DNA of 64,000 nt from an uncultured Candidatus Saccharibacteria bacterium. Its GTDB lineage: Bacteria > Patescibacteriota > Saccharimonadia > Saccharimonadales > AWTP1-31. Both the position numbers and the translations under genes were made by a program. Of the stretch, positions 31,286 through 40,028 are shown in pieces (positions within the stretch are counted from its first letter, which is position 1; every line of letters starts with the position of its first letter). The notes beneath the pieces are model-generated. The model was given only the letters and a program-made list of their open reading frames with translations. It was not told the origin of the DNA and ran no database searches. Location: the NCBI GenBank assembly GCA_937903325.1, contig CALCZR010000003.1, positions 3,898 through 67,897 on the forward strand. The letters are read 5' to 3'.

Positions 31286-31893
31286 TGCTATACATTCCAG
31301 TTGGTCCGCCAGCTTGCGGAAAATCCACGCTAGCTGATCAGATGGTGGCGTCAGGTATTCTGGATGCAGATGCGATTGTTAGTTCCGATAGACTAAGAGT
31401 TCTTCTTACCGGCGATGTTAATTGTCAGACAGCTAACGGCGAAGTGTTCAGTATCGCTCACAAGATTGCTGCAACAAGACTCAAGTACAATCAGGATGTT
31501 TACCTTGATGCTACTAATCTGGTAGCCAAAGATATCAAAAAGATTCTTGATCTTGCACCTAACCTTGATGATGTAGAGATTATCATCTCAGATACTTCTC
31601 ATGAACTTTGTACTGAGCGTAACAATCGTCGCTCAAGAACTGTGCCACAGGAAGCTATGCAAAAGTTTTACAATCGTCAGAACAACTTTGATCTGATCAG
31701 CCTACTTGCAGAGTATCCTGTTGGTACGATTCTTCTATCAGCCAAGCTTGCAGAGGTCAAGGATACAGTATTTCCTCAGATCTTTCCCCCCGATGAGCCT
31801 GTAGAACCTCGTGAGACGCCCGTGAAGGCCCCTCGCATCCTCAATTCGTTCGTTCCGGCATGGTTACCGCTGGAACCACCGTTCGACGCTTAG
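31285..31893 (+). CDS. P-loop polynucleotide-kinase-like protein (AAA_33 / T4 Pnk kinase-domain-like)
   Basis: MLYIPVGPPACGKSTLA Walker A at the extreme N-terminus, DATN, RNNRRSR lid-like segment; Pro-rich tail. Confidence 0.6.
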   Translation: MLYIPVGPPACGKSTLADQMVASGILDADAIVSSDRLRVLLTGDVNCQTANGEVFSIAHKIAATRLKYNQDVYLDATNLVAKDIKKILDLAPNLDDVEIIISDTSHELCTERNNRRSRTVPQEAMQKFYNRQNNFDLISLLAEYPVGTILLSAKLAEVKDTVFPQIFPPDEPVEPRETPVKAPRILNSFVPAWLPLEPPFDA

Positions 31894-31906
31894 AAAGGCT
31901 TACAGT

Positions 31907-32224
31907 GTGAATGTTTATACCGTTGTGCATATCTATGGCGATGACCATGATACCGAAGAACATCTAACAGATCATTGTGTCTATAATTCTCGGGAGAAGG
32001 CTGAGGCTGTGCGGGATCTTTTTGAGAAACCTTACCGAGATAGTCATGACCGTCGAGAACAAGAACGCTTGGCTCGCCTCAAGGTGCGACATGCAGAAGC
32101 TGCAGTAAACTGGTTGGTCAATGTCGGTCCCGATCCTGGTGAATATATTTCTCCAGACCCGACCCCCTACAAGTCTTCACCATACAACTATTATACAGTA
32201 GTAGAACTTGAGGTACTTTCATGA
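31907..32224 (+). CDS. hypothetical protein (105 aa)
   Basis: GTG-start ORF. Confidence 0.5.
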   Translation: MNVYTVVHIYGDDHDTEEHLTDHCVYNSREKAEAVRDLFEKPYRDSHDRREQERLARLKVRHAEAAVNWLVNVGPDPGEYISPDPTPYKSSPYNYYTVVELEVLS

Positions 32225-32805
32225 GTAAATTCTCAGATAAGATCAAAGCCAAGCAGCGACGAGAAATCAGCAGCTATACACCTGAGTATAAGCAGGCGAT
32301 CTGGACTCTACTGATTGGTTGTGGTGGCGCTGGTCGTAATCAGAATGATGATGACTGGAAGGATAGTTACTGGTCAAGCTATGGGACGAAGGTAGAGATT
32401 TGGTCTTACTACGGTGGACATTTCAATGTTGACCCGAAGTTGACTGAGGGTATTCTTGAAGGTATCCGAGAGCATAGTGTTGACTGGGAGAAATGTAGTG
32501 ACCCTGCTACCAGGGTCAACAGTGAATTCAATGGCACCTTCACAGATACACAGCTTTATCATGAAGGACTCTATGGAAAACTTGTCCTTGGTAACGGTGA
32601 AAGTTACTGGTGGGCTGCTCGTAGCGATGAAGAAGTTGATTCCCACGATTGGGATAAGATCTATGGTGGCTCCGGCCAATTTGCAAACATCCAGGGTCTA
32701 CTGAATCTAGAACTTACTCTTGAAGAAGCTCTCGAAGAACTTGAAGAGCGACTTAAGGGTACATACTTTGAATACACATGTAAGATCCCTTATCTAGGAC
32801 AGTGA
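32221..32805 (+). CDS. hypothetical protein (194 aa)
   Basis: ATGA overlap; Trp/Tyr-rich, no motif recognised. Confidence 0.6.
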   Translation: MSKFSDKIKAKQRREISSYTPEYKQAIWTLLIGCGGAGRNQNDDDWKDSYWSSYGTKVEIWSYYGGHFNVDPKLTEGILEGIREHSVDWEKCSDPATRVNSEFNGTFTDTQLYHEGLYGKLVLGNGESYWWAARSDEEVDSHDWDKIYGGSGQFANIQGLLNLELTLEEALEELEERLKGTYFEYTCKIPYLGQ

Positions 32806-32987
32806 TGACTACTACAACATTTGATCAATCAGAACCTGAAGATGATATTGTAAAAGAACTTCGGACAGCAGCTGACACGGTATTCTATGAAATCCCTGGT
32901 GGTTACGGACATATTGAACATCTTCTTAAAGAAGCAGCTGATGAGATCGAAAGACTAAGACGAGTACTAGGAATGACGAGAAACTAA
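32802..32987 (+). CDS. hypothetical protein (61 aa)
   Basis: Overlapping start (GTG 32802 or ATG 32805). Confidence 0.5.
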   Translation: MMTTTTFDQSEPEDDIVKELRTAADTVFYEIPGGYGHIEHLLKEAADEIERLRRVLGMTRN

Positions 32988-33415
32988 TGGGATTTTTTAG
33001 CAAGACAGATGCACTAGATGAACAGCTATCATTTAAGAGTGCTGCACCTATCGAAGAGCTTCTAGATATTCCTGTCGATGTGGTTGTAGAAGATGAAGTA
33101 GTAGAGACTGAACCTGAGATCGAAGGTGAAGCTTTTACTATTGAAACTTTCTGGGATACGGTTTGGAACGCCCGACTCTATAGAGGTTCCGGTGAAGAGC
33201 AAAAGCAAATTGTTAACCTCCCCTCTTATATCGACGATGATGGAAACAACGGTGAAGTAGGTGGTCATAAGTATATGAATTGCTTCATGGCTAAGTCAAG
33301 GGAAGAGACTATTGACCATGTCAAGGCGTATCTCGTTAAGCGAGTAGCTAATGACCGAGCCGAAGCTGAAGCAAGAGCTAATGGCCAAAAAGAAACTCTA
33401 ACAGTCTACCTTTAA
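32987..33415 (+). CDS. hypothetical acidic protein (142 aa)
   Basis: TAATG junction. Confidence 0.55.
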   Translation: MGFFSKTDALDEQLSFKSAAPIEELLDIPVDVVVEDEVVETEPEIEGEAFTIETFWDTVWNARLYRGSGEEQKQIVNLPSYIDDDGNNGEVGGHKYMNCFMAKSREETIDHVKAYLVKRVANDRAEAEARANGQKETLTVYL

Positions 33416-33423
33416 GGAACAAG

Positions 33424-33756
33424 ATGCAGACAACATTCACAGCTAGAGCAGAAGTAACACCGGATACTGAAGATGGACTGTATCGTATCGCCCTGATGAG
33501 AGTAATTGATGGTAGGAATTTTCCTCTCGTAAATCTTGCTGGTCAGACAGCGGCATCAGTCTACACAACTACGGGAATAAAAGTTGCGGTTCCGCCCGCA
33601 CGACCTGAAGATCCAATCGCCGCAGCTAAGAGCATCCTCAGGGAAGCGCTTGACAATCTCCCCACTTCTGGTGTAGTATCGAGAGATACCGTAGTCGATG
33701 CGTTTCTAGATTCCCTAAGTGAACTAGGCTACGAGAAGGAAGAAATTAATGAGTGA
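33424..33756 (+). CDS. hypothetical protein (110 aa)
   Basis: ORF; AAGGAACAAG-ATG. Confidence 0.55.
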   Translation: MQTTFTARAEVTPDTEDGLYRIALMRVIDGRNFPLVNLAGQTAASVYTTTGIKVAVPPARPEDPIAAAKSILREALDNLPTSGVVSRDTVVDAFLDSLSELGYEKEEINE

Positions 33757-34012
33757 CGTAATCGGTGAAGCAGAAGCACAGCAGGTCGCACTAGGTGTAG
33801 CTTTTGCTATGAAGAACAACGACAAGGAAGGCAGAGAGATTGTCTATGCTGACCTGAACGAGGCAAGCCTTAAGCGTGCTCTGCGATGGCAGACACGATG
33901 GCTTCTACGTCATATGCAGGCACTAGCAGATACTCATGGGATCAATTACGACGAGGCATTCGCAGCCTTCCAGACAAATATCAATCAGCACATTCAGAAA
34001 AACGGAGGATAG
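33749..34012 (+). CDS. hypothetical protein (87 aa)
   Basis: 8-nt overlap upstream. Confidence 0.55.
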   Translation: MSDVIGEAEAQQVALGVAFAMKNNDKEGREIVYADLNEASLKRALRWQTRWLLRHMQALADTHGINYDEAFAAFQTNINQHIQKNGG

Positions 34013-34015
34013 AAA

Positions 34016-35515
34016 GTGACGTTCTTACTACTTGACAAAGAATATGAAATTTATCCTAAAGAACTTGTAGGTGGTAAGGCGTCCAATCTTCACCAGATGA
34101 TCCACGATGGCTTGCCTGTGCCGCAAGCGTTTGTCATCAGTGTAGACGAATGTTTCAAACTCGATTTCACCAGTGAACTCCACGAACATAACTCAGAGTT
34201 TGGATTGAGACTGAGTAGTCACATTCGTTACCTATCAATGATGACAGGCAAGCAGTGGAACAGTGACTATAATCCCCTACTTGTCTCTGTAAGATCAGGT
34301 GCCCCCATCTCCATGCCAGGTATGATGGAGACAGTACTGAACATTGGTCTGACCAGAAATAATCTTGATGCTTTCGTAGAAGCTCGTGGTGCTGACAGAG
34401 CCTTCGGGTTAGACTGTTACCGTAGACTGATCCAGATGTATGGTGTGACAGTTCATGGTATCCCAGCCGAAGCGTTCAGTAGTGTATATAATTCTGCAAG
34501 GATTTTCTACGAGGAACTGGACGAGAAAGCAAACGAAAACCTTGTCCGTCTTTACGAAGGTATTTTCTTTCAGCACGTCGGTATCGTCTTCCCTGATGAT
34601 CCTAACGAACAACTTCTACAAGCATGTAACGCAGTGTTCCGGTCTTGGCACAGCGAGAAAGCCAAGACTTATCGTGACCTAGAAGGTATTCCTCATGATA
34701 TGGGTACCGCTGTCACTGTGCAAGAAATGGTCTTTGGTAACCTTGACCGTCAGTCAGCTACAGGCGTTGTGTTCACTCATGATCCTAATACTGGTAAGCT
34801 CGGATGGTATGGCGACTTTCTTGTCGGGGCTCAAGGCGAAGATGTTGTTGCCGGTACACATAAGGTTCTCCATATCCAAGAGATTCTACAGGACGAGAAC
34901 TTGCGTAAGGCCGGTAAGGATCTACAGGTTACAATCGGTGGACTCTTCCACCGCTACAAGAGTATTCTTGATGTGGAGTTTACTATCGAATCAGGTAAGC
35001 TTTACATCTTGCAGTACCGTCAAGCTAAATGTTCACGTCAGGCAACCATTCGTTCTCTGATGGATATGGCACGACAAGGCGATATCAGTGTGCTAGATGG
35101 CACCAGTAAGATGATGGAACTGCTGCCGCCTATTGACCGTGGTACTCAAGACCCTGGTAACTTGACGCTACTCGGTAAAGGTCTAGGTGCCACTGAAGGT
35201 ATTGTTGTAGGTCAGATTGCGATTGGTCGTGATACTGCACGGGAATACCAAGAGCAAGGTATCAGTTATATCTATGTAGCCCATGAGACTGCACCAGACG
35301 ACGTTGAACAAATGAAGGGTGCCGTAGGTATCCTGACAGCCTCAGGTGGTCTGGTATCTCATGCTGCGCTTATTGCTAGAGGCTGGAACAAGACCTGTGT
35401 TCTAGGATTTGACCGGATCAAAGTACTCGAAGATCATTTCACATTCAATGGTGAGATGTATAAGAATGGGTCTTTGATGAAAATTAATGGCTCCACGGGA
35501 GAAATATTCGCATGA
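34016..35515 (+). CDS. PPDK/PEP-synthase-like dikinase fragment: ATP-grasp plus phospho-His swivel domain, no PEP/pyruvate-binding domain
   Basis: GGKASNL; VSVRSGAPISMPGMMETVLNIGL; AVTVQEMVFGN..ATGVVFTHDPNTG..GAQGEDVVAGT; LDVEFTIESGKLYILQYRQAK; GILTASGGLVSHAALIARGWNKTCVLG (His449 = CAT 35360-35362). Ends 50 aa after the His. Confidence 0.85.
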   Translation: MTFLLLDKEYEIYPKELVGGKASNLHQMIHDGLPVPQAFVISVDECFKLDFTSELHEHNSEFGLRLSSHIRYLSMMTGKQWNSDYNPLLVSVRSGAPISMPGMMETVLNIGLTRNNLDAFVEARGADRAFGLDCYRRLIQMYGVTVHGIPAEAFSSVYNSARIFYEELDEKANENLVRLYEGIFFQHVGIVFPDDPNEQLLQACNAVFRSWHSEKAKTYRDLEGIPHDMGTAVTVQEMVFGNLDRQSATGVVFTHDPNTGKLGWYGDFLVGAQGEDVVAGTHKVLHIQEILQDENLRKAGKDLQVTIGGLFHRYKSILDVEFTIESGKLYILQYRQAKCSRQATIRSLMDMARQGDISVLDGTSKMMELLPPIDRGTQDPGNLTLLGKGLGATEGIVVGQIAIGRDTAREYQEQGISYIYVAHETAPDDVEQMKGAVGILTASGGLVSHAALIARGWNKTCVLGFDRIKVLEDHFTFNGEMYKNGSLMKINGSTGEIFA

Positions 35516-36642
35516 ACTATGAATTGTCTCCTATGGAGAAAAAATATATGAAGCTTTTGGATGAACTCGAAGAGTTAAATCCAGGGGATGTAGTTGAAGC
35601 TAGTCGGATTAGTATTGAGATCAAGAATCTTGAAGACAAGATGTGGCTCGATCAGCAAGGTGAAAATACTGAGGGCATATCAGTTACTTGCCCTGACTGC
35701 TTCAAGACGGATGTTATCCATGTACCATGCGGTGACTATGTATACGATTGTATCTGTGGTGACAGCACAGAAGAATACTACTGTGGATGGTGCGGTCAGA
35801 ACTTTGATCCTGGATCAGAGCCGCTGGAAGTACAAAGCCTAGACGACTGGATGAGCAAGTACCAGGATCAGGTACTAGGTGATCTAGGGTTTACACAAGA
35901 TCCTCTGCCACAGAAGCCGATGAAAGATTGTAACTCCACGAGTAGACATCTTCATCAGCCTGTAACCCTACCTAATGGTGTGATTGTGCATTGCACTGCT
36001 CACCAGAATGCTAACAAGATCAACCAGAAACCAGACTTTGGCCTGTATGCCGATAGTGCTTGGGTCAGGACTTGTAAGTGGCGTAACGAAATCATCAACT
36101 GGCCTGACTTTAATCTCCCGGCAGACCTTGATGTAGCACTCAACCAGATTGAAGATGCCTACAAGCGTTGTGAAGCTGGTGAACATGTTGACATCGGTTG
36201 CCTAGGTGCTCATGGTCGCACAGGAACTATCCTCGCAATTATGGTGCTCTTGGCTACCAAGGGTGACCTCAGTGGACCGAAAGCATGTTCATGGGTATGG
36301 GAAAACTATTGCACTCATGCTATTGAGAACAAGAACCAAGAATGGTATGTTGCTTATGCCGCAGGTTATCTCTTCGGCCATGACATCCCCGATGAACCGG
36401 CGAAGCCAGTATCTAGTCAGGCAAGTATTTGTCTCCCCGTAGAGCATTTTGCTATGTATTCAGGTGGGCGCAGAGTCTGTGTGAATCCGAAGTGCAGTTG
36501 GTGGGAGAAAGATATCATCGAACTTTACAATGACCAGAAGATCGCTGGCGTTCCAGCCGAGACACTTGCAGCAGACAACCGATACCCGACACTACTAGAA
36601 AAGTATCAGGTGAATGATGGATCAAACGATCAAATTAGTTGA
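35512..36642 (+). CDS. Zn-ribbon plus Cys-based phosphatase-fold (WPD loop / CX5R) protein
   Basis: ATGA-coupled to the dikinase. CPDC..PCGDYVYDCICG..YCGWCG (aa 60-94). INWPDFNLP (aa 195-203). 31 aa after the WPD Asp: DIGCLGAHGRTGTILAIMVLL (Cys230 = TGC 36199-36201), resembling HCxxGxGRTGT of small PTPs. Confidence 0.7.
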   Translation: MNYELSPMEKKYMKLLDELEELNPGDVVEASRISIEIKNLEDKMWLDQQGENTEGISVTCPDCFKTDVIHVPCGDYVYDCICGDSTEEYYCGWCGQNFDPGSEPLEVQSLDDWMSKYQDQVLGDLGFTQDPLPQKPMKDCNSTSRHLHQPVTLPNGVIVHCTAHQNANKINQKPDFGLYADSAWVRTCKWRNEIINWPDFNLPADLDVALNQIEDAYKRCEAGEHVDIGCLGAHGRTGTILAIMVLLATKGDLSGPKACSWVWENYCTHAIENKNQEWYVAYAAGYLFGHDIPDEPAKPVSSQASICLPVEHFAMYSGGRRVCVNPKCSWWEKDIIELYNDQKIAGVPAETLAADNRYPTLLEKYQVNDGSNDQIS

Positions 36643-38335
36643 AGATGAACTTAGTAATATCACTCAAGTTTATCAACTTGTTGATGATGAGTGGGTGTGC
36701 ATCGGCGATATAGCTAACGGGTTACCCGACTCGGCATTTGAATCAGCAATAGAAAACATGCAAAAGAAAGCATTTATGGACGATGACTACGAGATTGCAG
36801 ATATCCTTGCGATGCTAGAAGAAGATGATGACCTAGAAATCAATGAGACAGATGAAGATTACATCCTAGACGAGATTAAGAATGCACCAGAGCTACCACC
36901 TAAGTTCAGTAAAAGTGGATTCGATCTGTCATTCCTGCTTGAAGATGAGTACCGTGAACGGTGGCAAGCAAAAGATGGTTGGACTAAAGTATGGCCTGAC
37001 ATCGATCTGAAAATTGATCCTTGTATGGCTGCCGCAGATAATTATCTTCTGTTCGGTATTGCTAACAACTCTTTTGTAGAGATCGTGCCACGATACTTTC
37101 CTTCCGATGAAGAGATTCGTCTAGCTGGTGAACTACTTGAAGCAACCGAGGTAGAGATCGAACAACGTGTTCGTGATGTCATGGTTCTCCGTGACGATGA
37201 TCCTACTTTGAAACTTGAAGAACTGAATCGTGAAGCTGATACACAGTATCGTATCTTGATCGACCATCTCGATGAAAGCTTCCGTCAGTACAGTCACCTT
37301 GCTTGTGGTGGTGAGCTACGATACATGCTGAAGTCTGACCCTTTCTACAGTCAGGAACGACGCTGGGCTTGGACTCAATGGGCTTTTGTCTATGAGAAGT
37401 ATGGCATCAAAGGTCTAGAAACAATGACCAAGATGTTTAACGAGAATGGTTATGGTGCCTTTGGTGGTAAGAAATGGGCAGCCGCATCAGAGATCCTTCT
37501 CGGTCGTGAAGCAGGAACTCTTGGTCCTGATGAACTAACGAACAAGCAGTTATTTATCGACCGTGTGTTCACTCTAGAACATAACACTGGTTCTTTCTTG
37601 AACAAGATGGCCTGGGCCAATAATCGTACAGGTCGTGACGGTGCTAGCGGTCATTGGGCTACTATGAAAAATACTGTTCTTCCCGCTCACTGCTCTAACC
37701 CTGTTGACATTCGGACGATGTATCGTTATGCGAGTGAGAACGTACAGAATCTTCTGATGAAGTATTTCAGTCTTGCTGAACAGTATGGTCTAGCTATCAA
37801 CGGTATTTGGGAAGAAAAGAAACCTCAGAATGAACTTTTGAAAAGTACAACTGTAAAGAATAGTTCTGCTCAAATTCTTGACTGGTCAGATGTTCCTGAC
37901 TTCATCGAAGATGAGATTGAAGAAGAAGAAGCGCCTACTATTTATGAAGGTCCTCTAGATGCTATGATTGCCACCCAGCAAAAATTGCTAGGCCAACAGG
38001 AAGCTTTTCCTTTCTACGTAACGACTGCAGAGGGTAACCACCCAGGCATTGTCGTAGCCAGTGATCCTTATGCCGCCCCAGTCTATGCTACTGCGGAGAT
38101 GCCTAATGGTCCACAGCATGAGCTTACTAAGCCTTACCTAGAGGCAAATTGGACCGGAAAAATGTACACTGAAATAGGTGTACTCGAAACAGGTAATCCA
38201 TGGTTATATTGCTACGCTCCTGGCACGCTCGAACATTTTGATTTTGCAATCTACGATGACTATCCACCTGTGAATTTGATTCATGCTGTAATTGAATGTC
38301 ACCTTAAGACACTGGAGTCTAATGGATCTAAATAG
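36614..38335 (+). CDS. hypothetical large protein (573 aa), acidic N-terminus
   Basis: Long ORF overlapping the upstream gene by 29 nt. Conserved-looking core HLACGGELRYML...FGGKKWAAASEILLG...FTLEHNTGSFLNKMAW; no family recognised. Confidence 0.7.
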   Translation: MMDQTIKLVEDELSNITQVYQLVDDEWVCIGDIANGLPDSAFESAIENMQKKAFMDDDYEIADILAMLEEDDDLEINETDEDYILDEIKNAPELPPKFSKSGFDLSFLLEDEYRERWQAKDGWTKVWPDIDLKIDPCMAAADNYLLFGIANNSFVEIVPRYFPSDEEIRLAGELLEATEVEIEQRVRDVMVLRDDDPTLKLEELNREADTQYRILIDHLDESFRQYSHLACGGELRYMLKSDPFYSQERRWAWTQWAFVYEKYGIKGLETMTKMFNENGYGAFGGKKWAAASEILLGREAGTLGPDELTNKQLFIDRVFTLEHNTGSFLNKMAWANNRTGRDGASGHWATMKNTVLPAHCSNPVDIRTMYRYASENVQNLLMKYFSLAEQYGLAINGIWEEKKPQNELLKSTTVKNSSAQILDWSDVPDFIEDEIEEEEAPTIYEGPLDAMIATQQKLLGQQEAFPFYVTTAEGNHPGIVVASDPYAAPVYATAEMPNGPQHELTKPYLEANWTGKMYTEIGVLETGNPWLYCYAPGTLEHFDFAIYDDYPPVNLIHAVIECHLKTLESNGSK

Positions 38336-39263
38336 ACTAGAGAAACAAGGTATTCCCACTCTAGGTATCCTGACATGGTACTCGGTAGATAATGAAGCTT
38401 CTATTGGCTACACAGAGTTTCGTGATATCATTAAAGAGTATAATGCTCCGCTAACTATTATGAAGGCTCCGAAACCGGAGAATGTTTTCAGGCGAGCATG
38501 TGAAGCCATTGACTTTACTTTCGACACTGCAGATGATACTATCATTACTTTCTCTATGAAAGATGAAGGCTTCCATAAGACCAAGGTTACTCGGTCGCTC
38601 TACGCAGAGTATCAGCGTAAAGATGTGACAGTCAAGGTCAAGGTTGCAACTGCCGTACTAGATAAGAAAACCAAAGACATCGAATGGGAATATCATCCAG
38701 ATACGACAGATATTGGAGGAGATGCTCTACCTGATGCAGCAGCACTAGCAGAGTATTACATCGCTTGTTACATGGAAGAACATGCAGATGCGCTCTACGC
38801 TCTACCTATTCGTGAAAGTATTCGTAAAGCAATCGATGGTTCCCTATGTGGTGTCAGTCTTAAAACTGCTGGCGGGGGTGTCTATTTTATCCCCCGAGTG
38901 AACTTCGAAGAGTTTGAAGCTATGGCTCTAGCCAGTTACGATATACCTATGGTAGTTGTAGAGTATATTCCTTGCCTGGATAACCGTGATAGTCGTAAGA
39001 TGGTAGAAGATTATCTTTTCAACCATCTTCATAAAGAATTACTGACGATGGAGTCAGCTATAGATGATCTACAATTGCTACTCTTTTCTGAAGAGCAAGT
39101 TTCGGCTAAAAAAGTAACCGAGATTCAAGATATGATTGATGCCTACAAGTCAAGACTGGCAGCGTATACATGGATTTCTAGAAAGCATGACCTGTATACA
39201 TCTATTGAAGGTGTACAGCGAGAGTTAGATAGACTAGTAGATGGAGATGAAGAAGATGAATGA
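38322..39263 (+). CDS. hypothetical protein (313 aa)
   Basis: GGAG-N5-ATG 38322, 14-nt overlap; contains GGVYFIPRVNFEEFEAM; no firm family call. Confidence 0.65.
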   Translation: MDLNRLEKQGIPTLGILTWYSVDNEASIGYTEFRDIIKEYNAPLTIMKAPKPENVFRRACEAIDFTFDTADDTIITFSMKDEGFHKTKVTRSLYAEYQRKDVTVKVKVATAVLDKKTKDIEWEYHPDTTDIGGDALPDAAALAEYYIACYMEEHADALYALPIRESIRKAIDGSLCGVSLKTAGGGVYFIPRVNFEEFEAMALASYDIPMVVVEYIPCLDNRDSRKMVEDYLFNHLHKELLTMESAIDDLQLLLFSEEQVSAKKVTEIQDMIDAYKSRLAAYTWISRKHDLYTSIEGVQRELDRLVDGDEEDE

Positions 39264-39828
39264 TGAAGAGGAATACCCAGATCTAGAAGCTCTACTCCAG
39301 GATGAAGAGGAGGTGTTAGAAAAGAAACTCCTAACCGCAATATATGGCGACGACGAGGAAGAGGATGATGAAAATGAAGATGACGTCTACATCCCAACCA
39401 CAGATGACGAGATCGCAGCAGTAACAGCTTTGAAAGAAGCCATCAAGAATGCTAACGTTCAGAAAGTAGCAGCTAACCTGGACTCAGACCTAGCATCTTC
39501 TAATCCTATCGAAGGTTGGCTTGGTCTTATCAATACTCCAGTACAGCCACTGGAACTGACTGAGATCCCCGAGGGTTTCTCTCATCAGACCCTTGTCATT
39601 ATTGAAGTGTCAGCAATGAGTCCTTCTACTTTCATGGAACGAATGAGACGCTTTGTTGGTGGTCTGAATACTCCTGATACGATGAAAGCTAATGTCGTGA
39701 CTGTAACCGATGGTAAGATGTATGCTGGACTTACCTTCACTGGTGATAAGGCTGGCGGACGAGAAGTACCATTCAACAAAAATTTATGGAACGCTGTAAT
39801 CAGAGTTTCAGAAAAGGATATTGTATGA
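39256..39828 (+). CDS. hypothetical protein with extremely acidic N-terminal 55 aa
   Basis: NDEEEYPDLEALLQDEEEVLEKK...DDEEEDDENEDDVYIPTTDDE; start ATG 39256 (or 39241). Confidence 0.6.
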   Translation: MNDEEEYPDLEALLQDEEEVLEKKLLTAIYGDDEEEDDENEDDVYIPTTDDEIAAVTALKEAIKNANVQKVAANLDSDLASSNPIEGWLGLINTPVQPLELTEIPEGFSHQTLVIIEVSAMSPSTFMERMRRFVGGLNTPDTMKANVVTVTDGKMYAGLTFTGDKAGGREVPFNKNLWNAVIRVSEKDIV

Positions 39829-40028
39829 GCGTGGTTCACGATGTGTCACTAGATGGGTTACACGTAACCTGTACTTGTGGTGAACTCGATACCTATATTA
39901 CAGATGAAACATTTTACCTAGCTGTAGCACAGAGACATTCTCTGCATCTAGGTGTATGGCCATTCGAGCAACCTCTCGGTGAGAAGTACGACGGATGGCC
40001 TGAGAACGAAAAGGAGAACGATGACTGA
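39825..40028 (+). CDS. hypothetical protein (67 aa)
   Basis: AAGGATATTGT-ATG 39825, ATGA overlap. Confidence 0.5.
   Translation: MSVVHDVSLDGLHVTCTCGELDTYITDETFYLAVAQRHSLHLGVWPFEQPLGEKYDGWPENEKENDD

Noticed and set aside
34409-35060. Alternative-frame and antisense ORFs inside the dikinase gene (34409-34612 minus; 34455-34682 and 34695-35060 plus)
   Set aside because: The PPDK-like frame is supported by continuous family motifs, whereas these frames have none.
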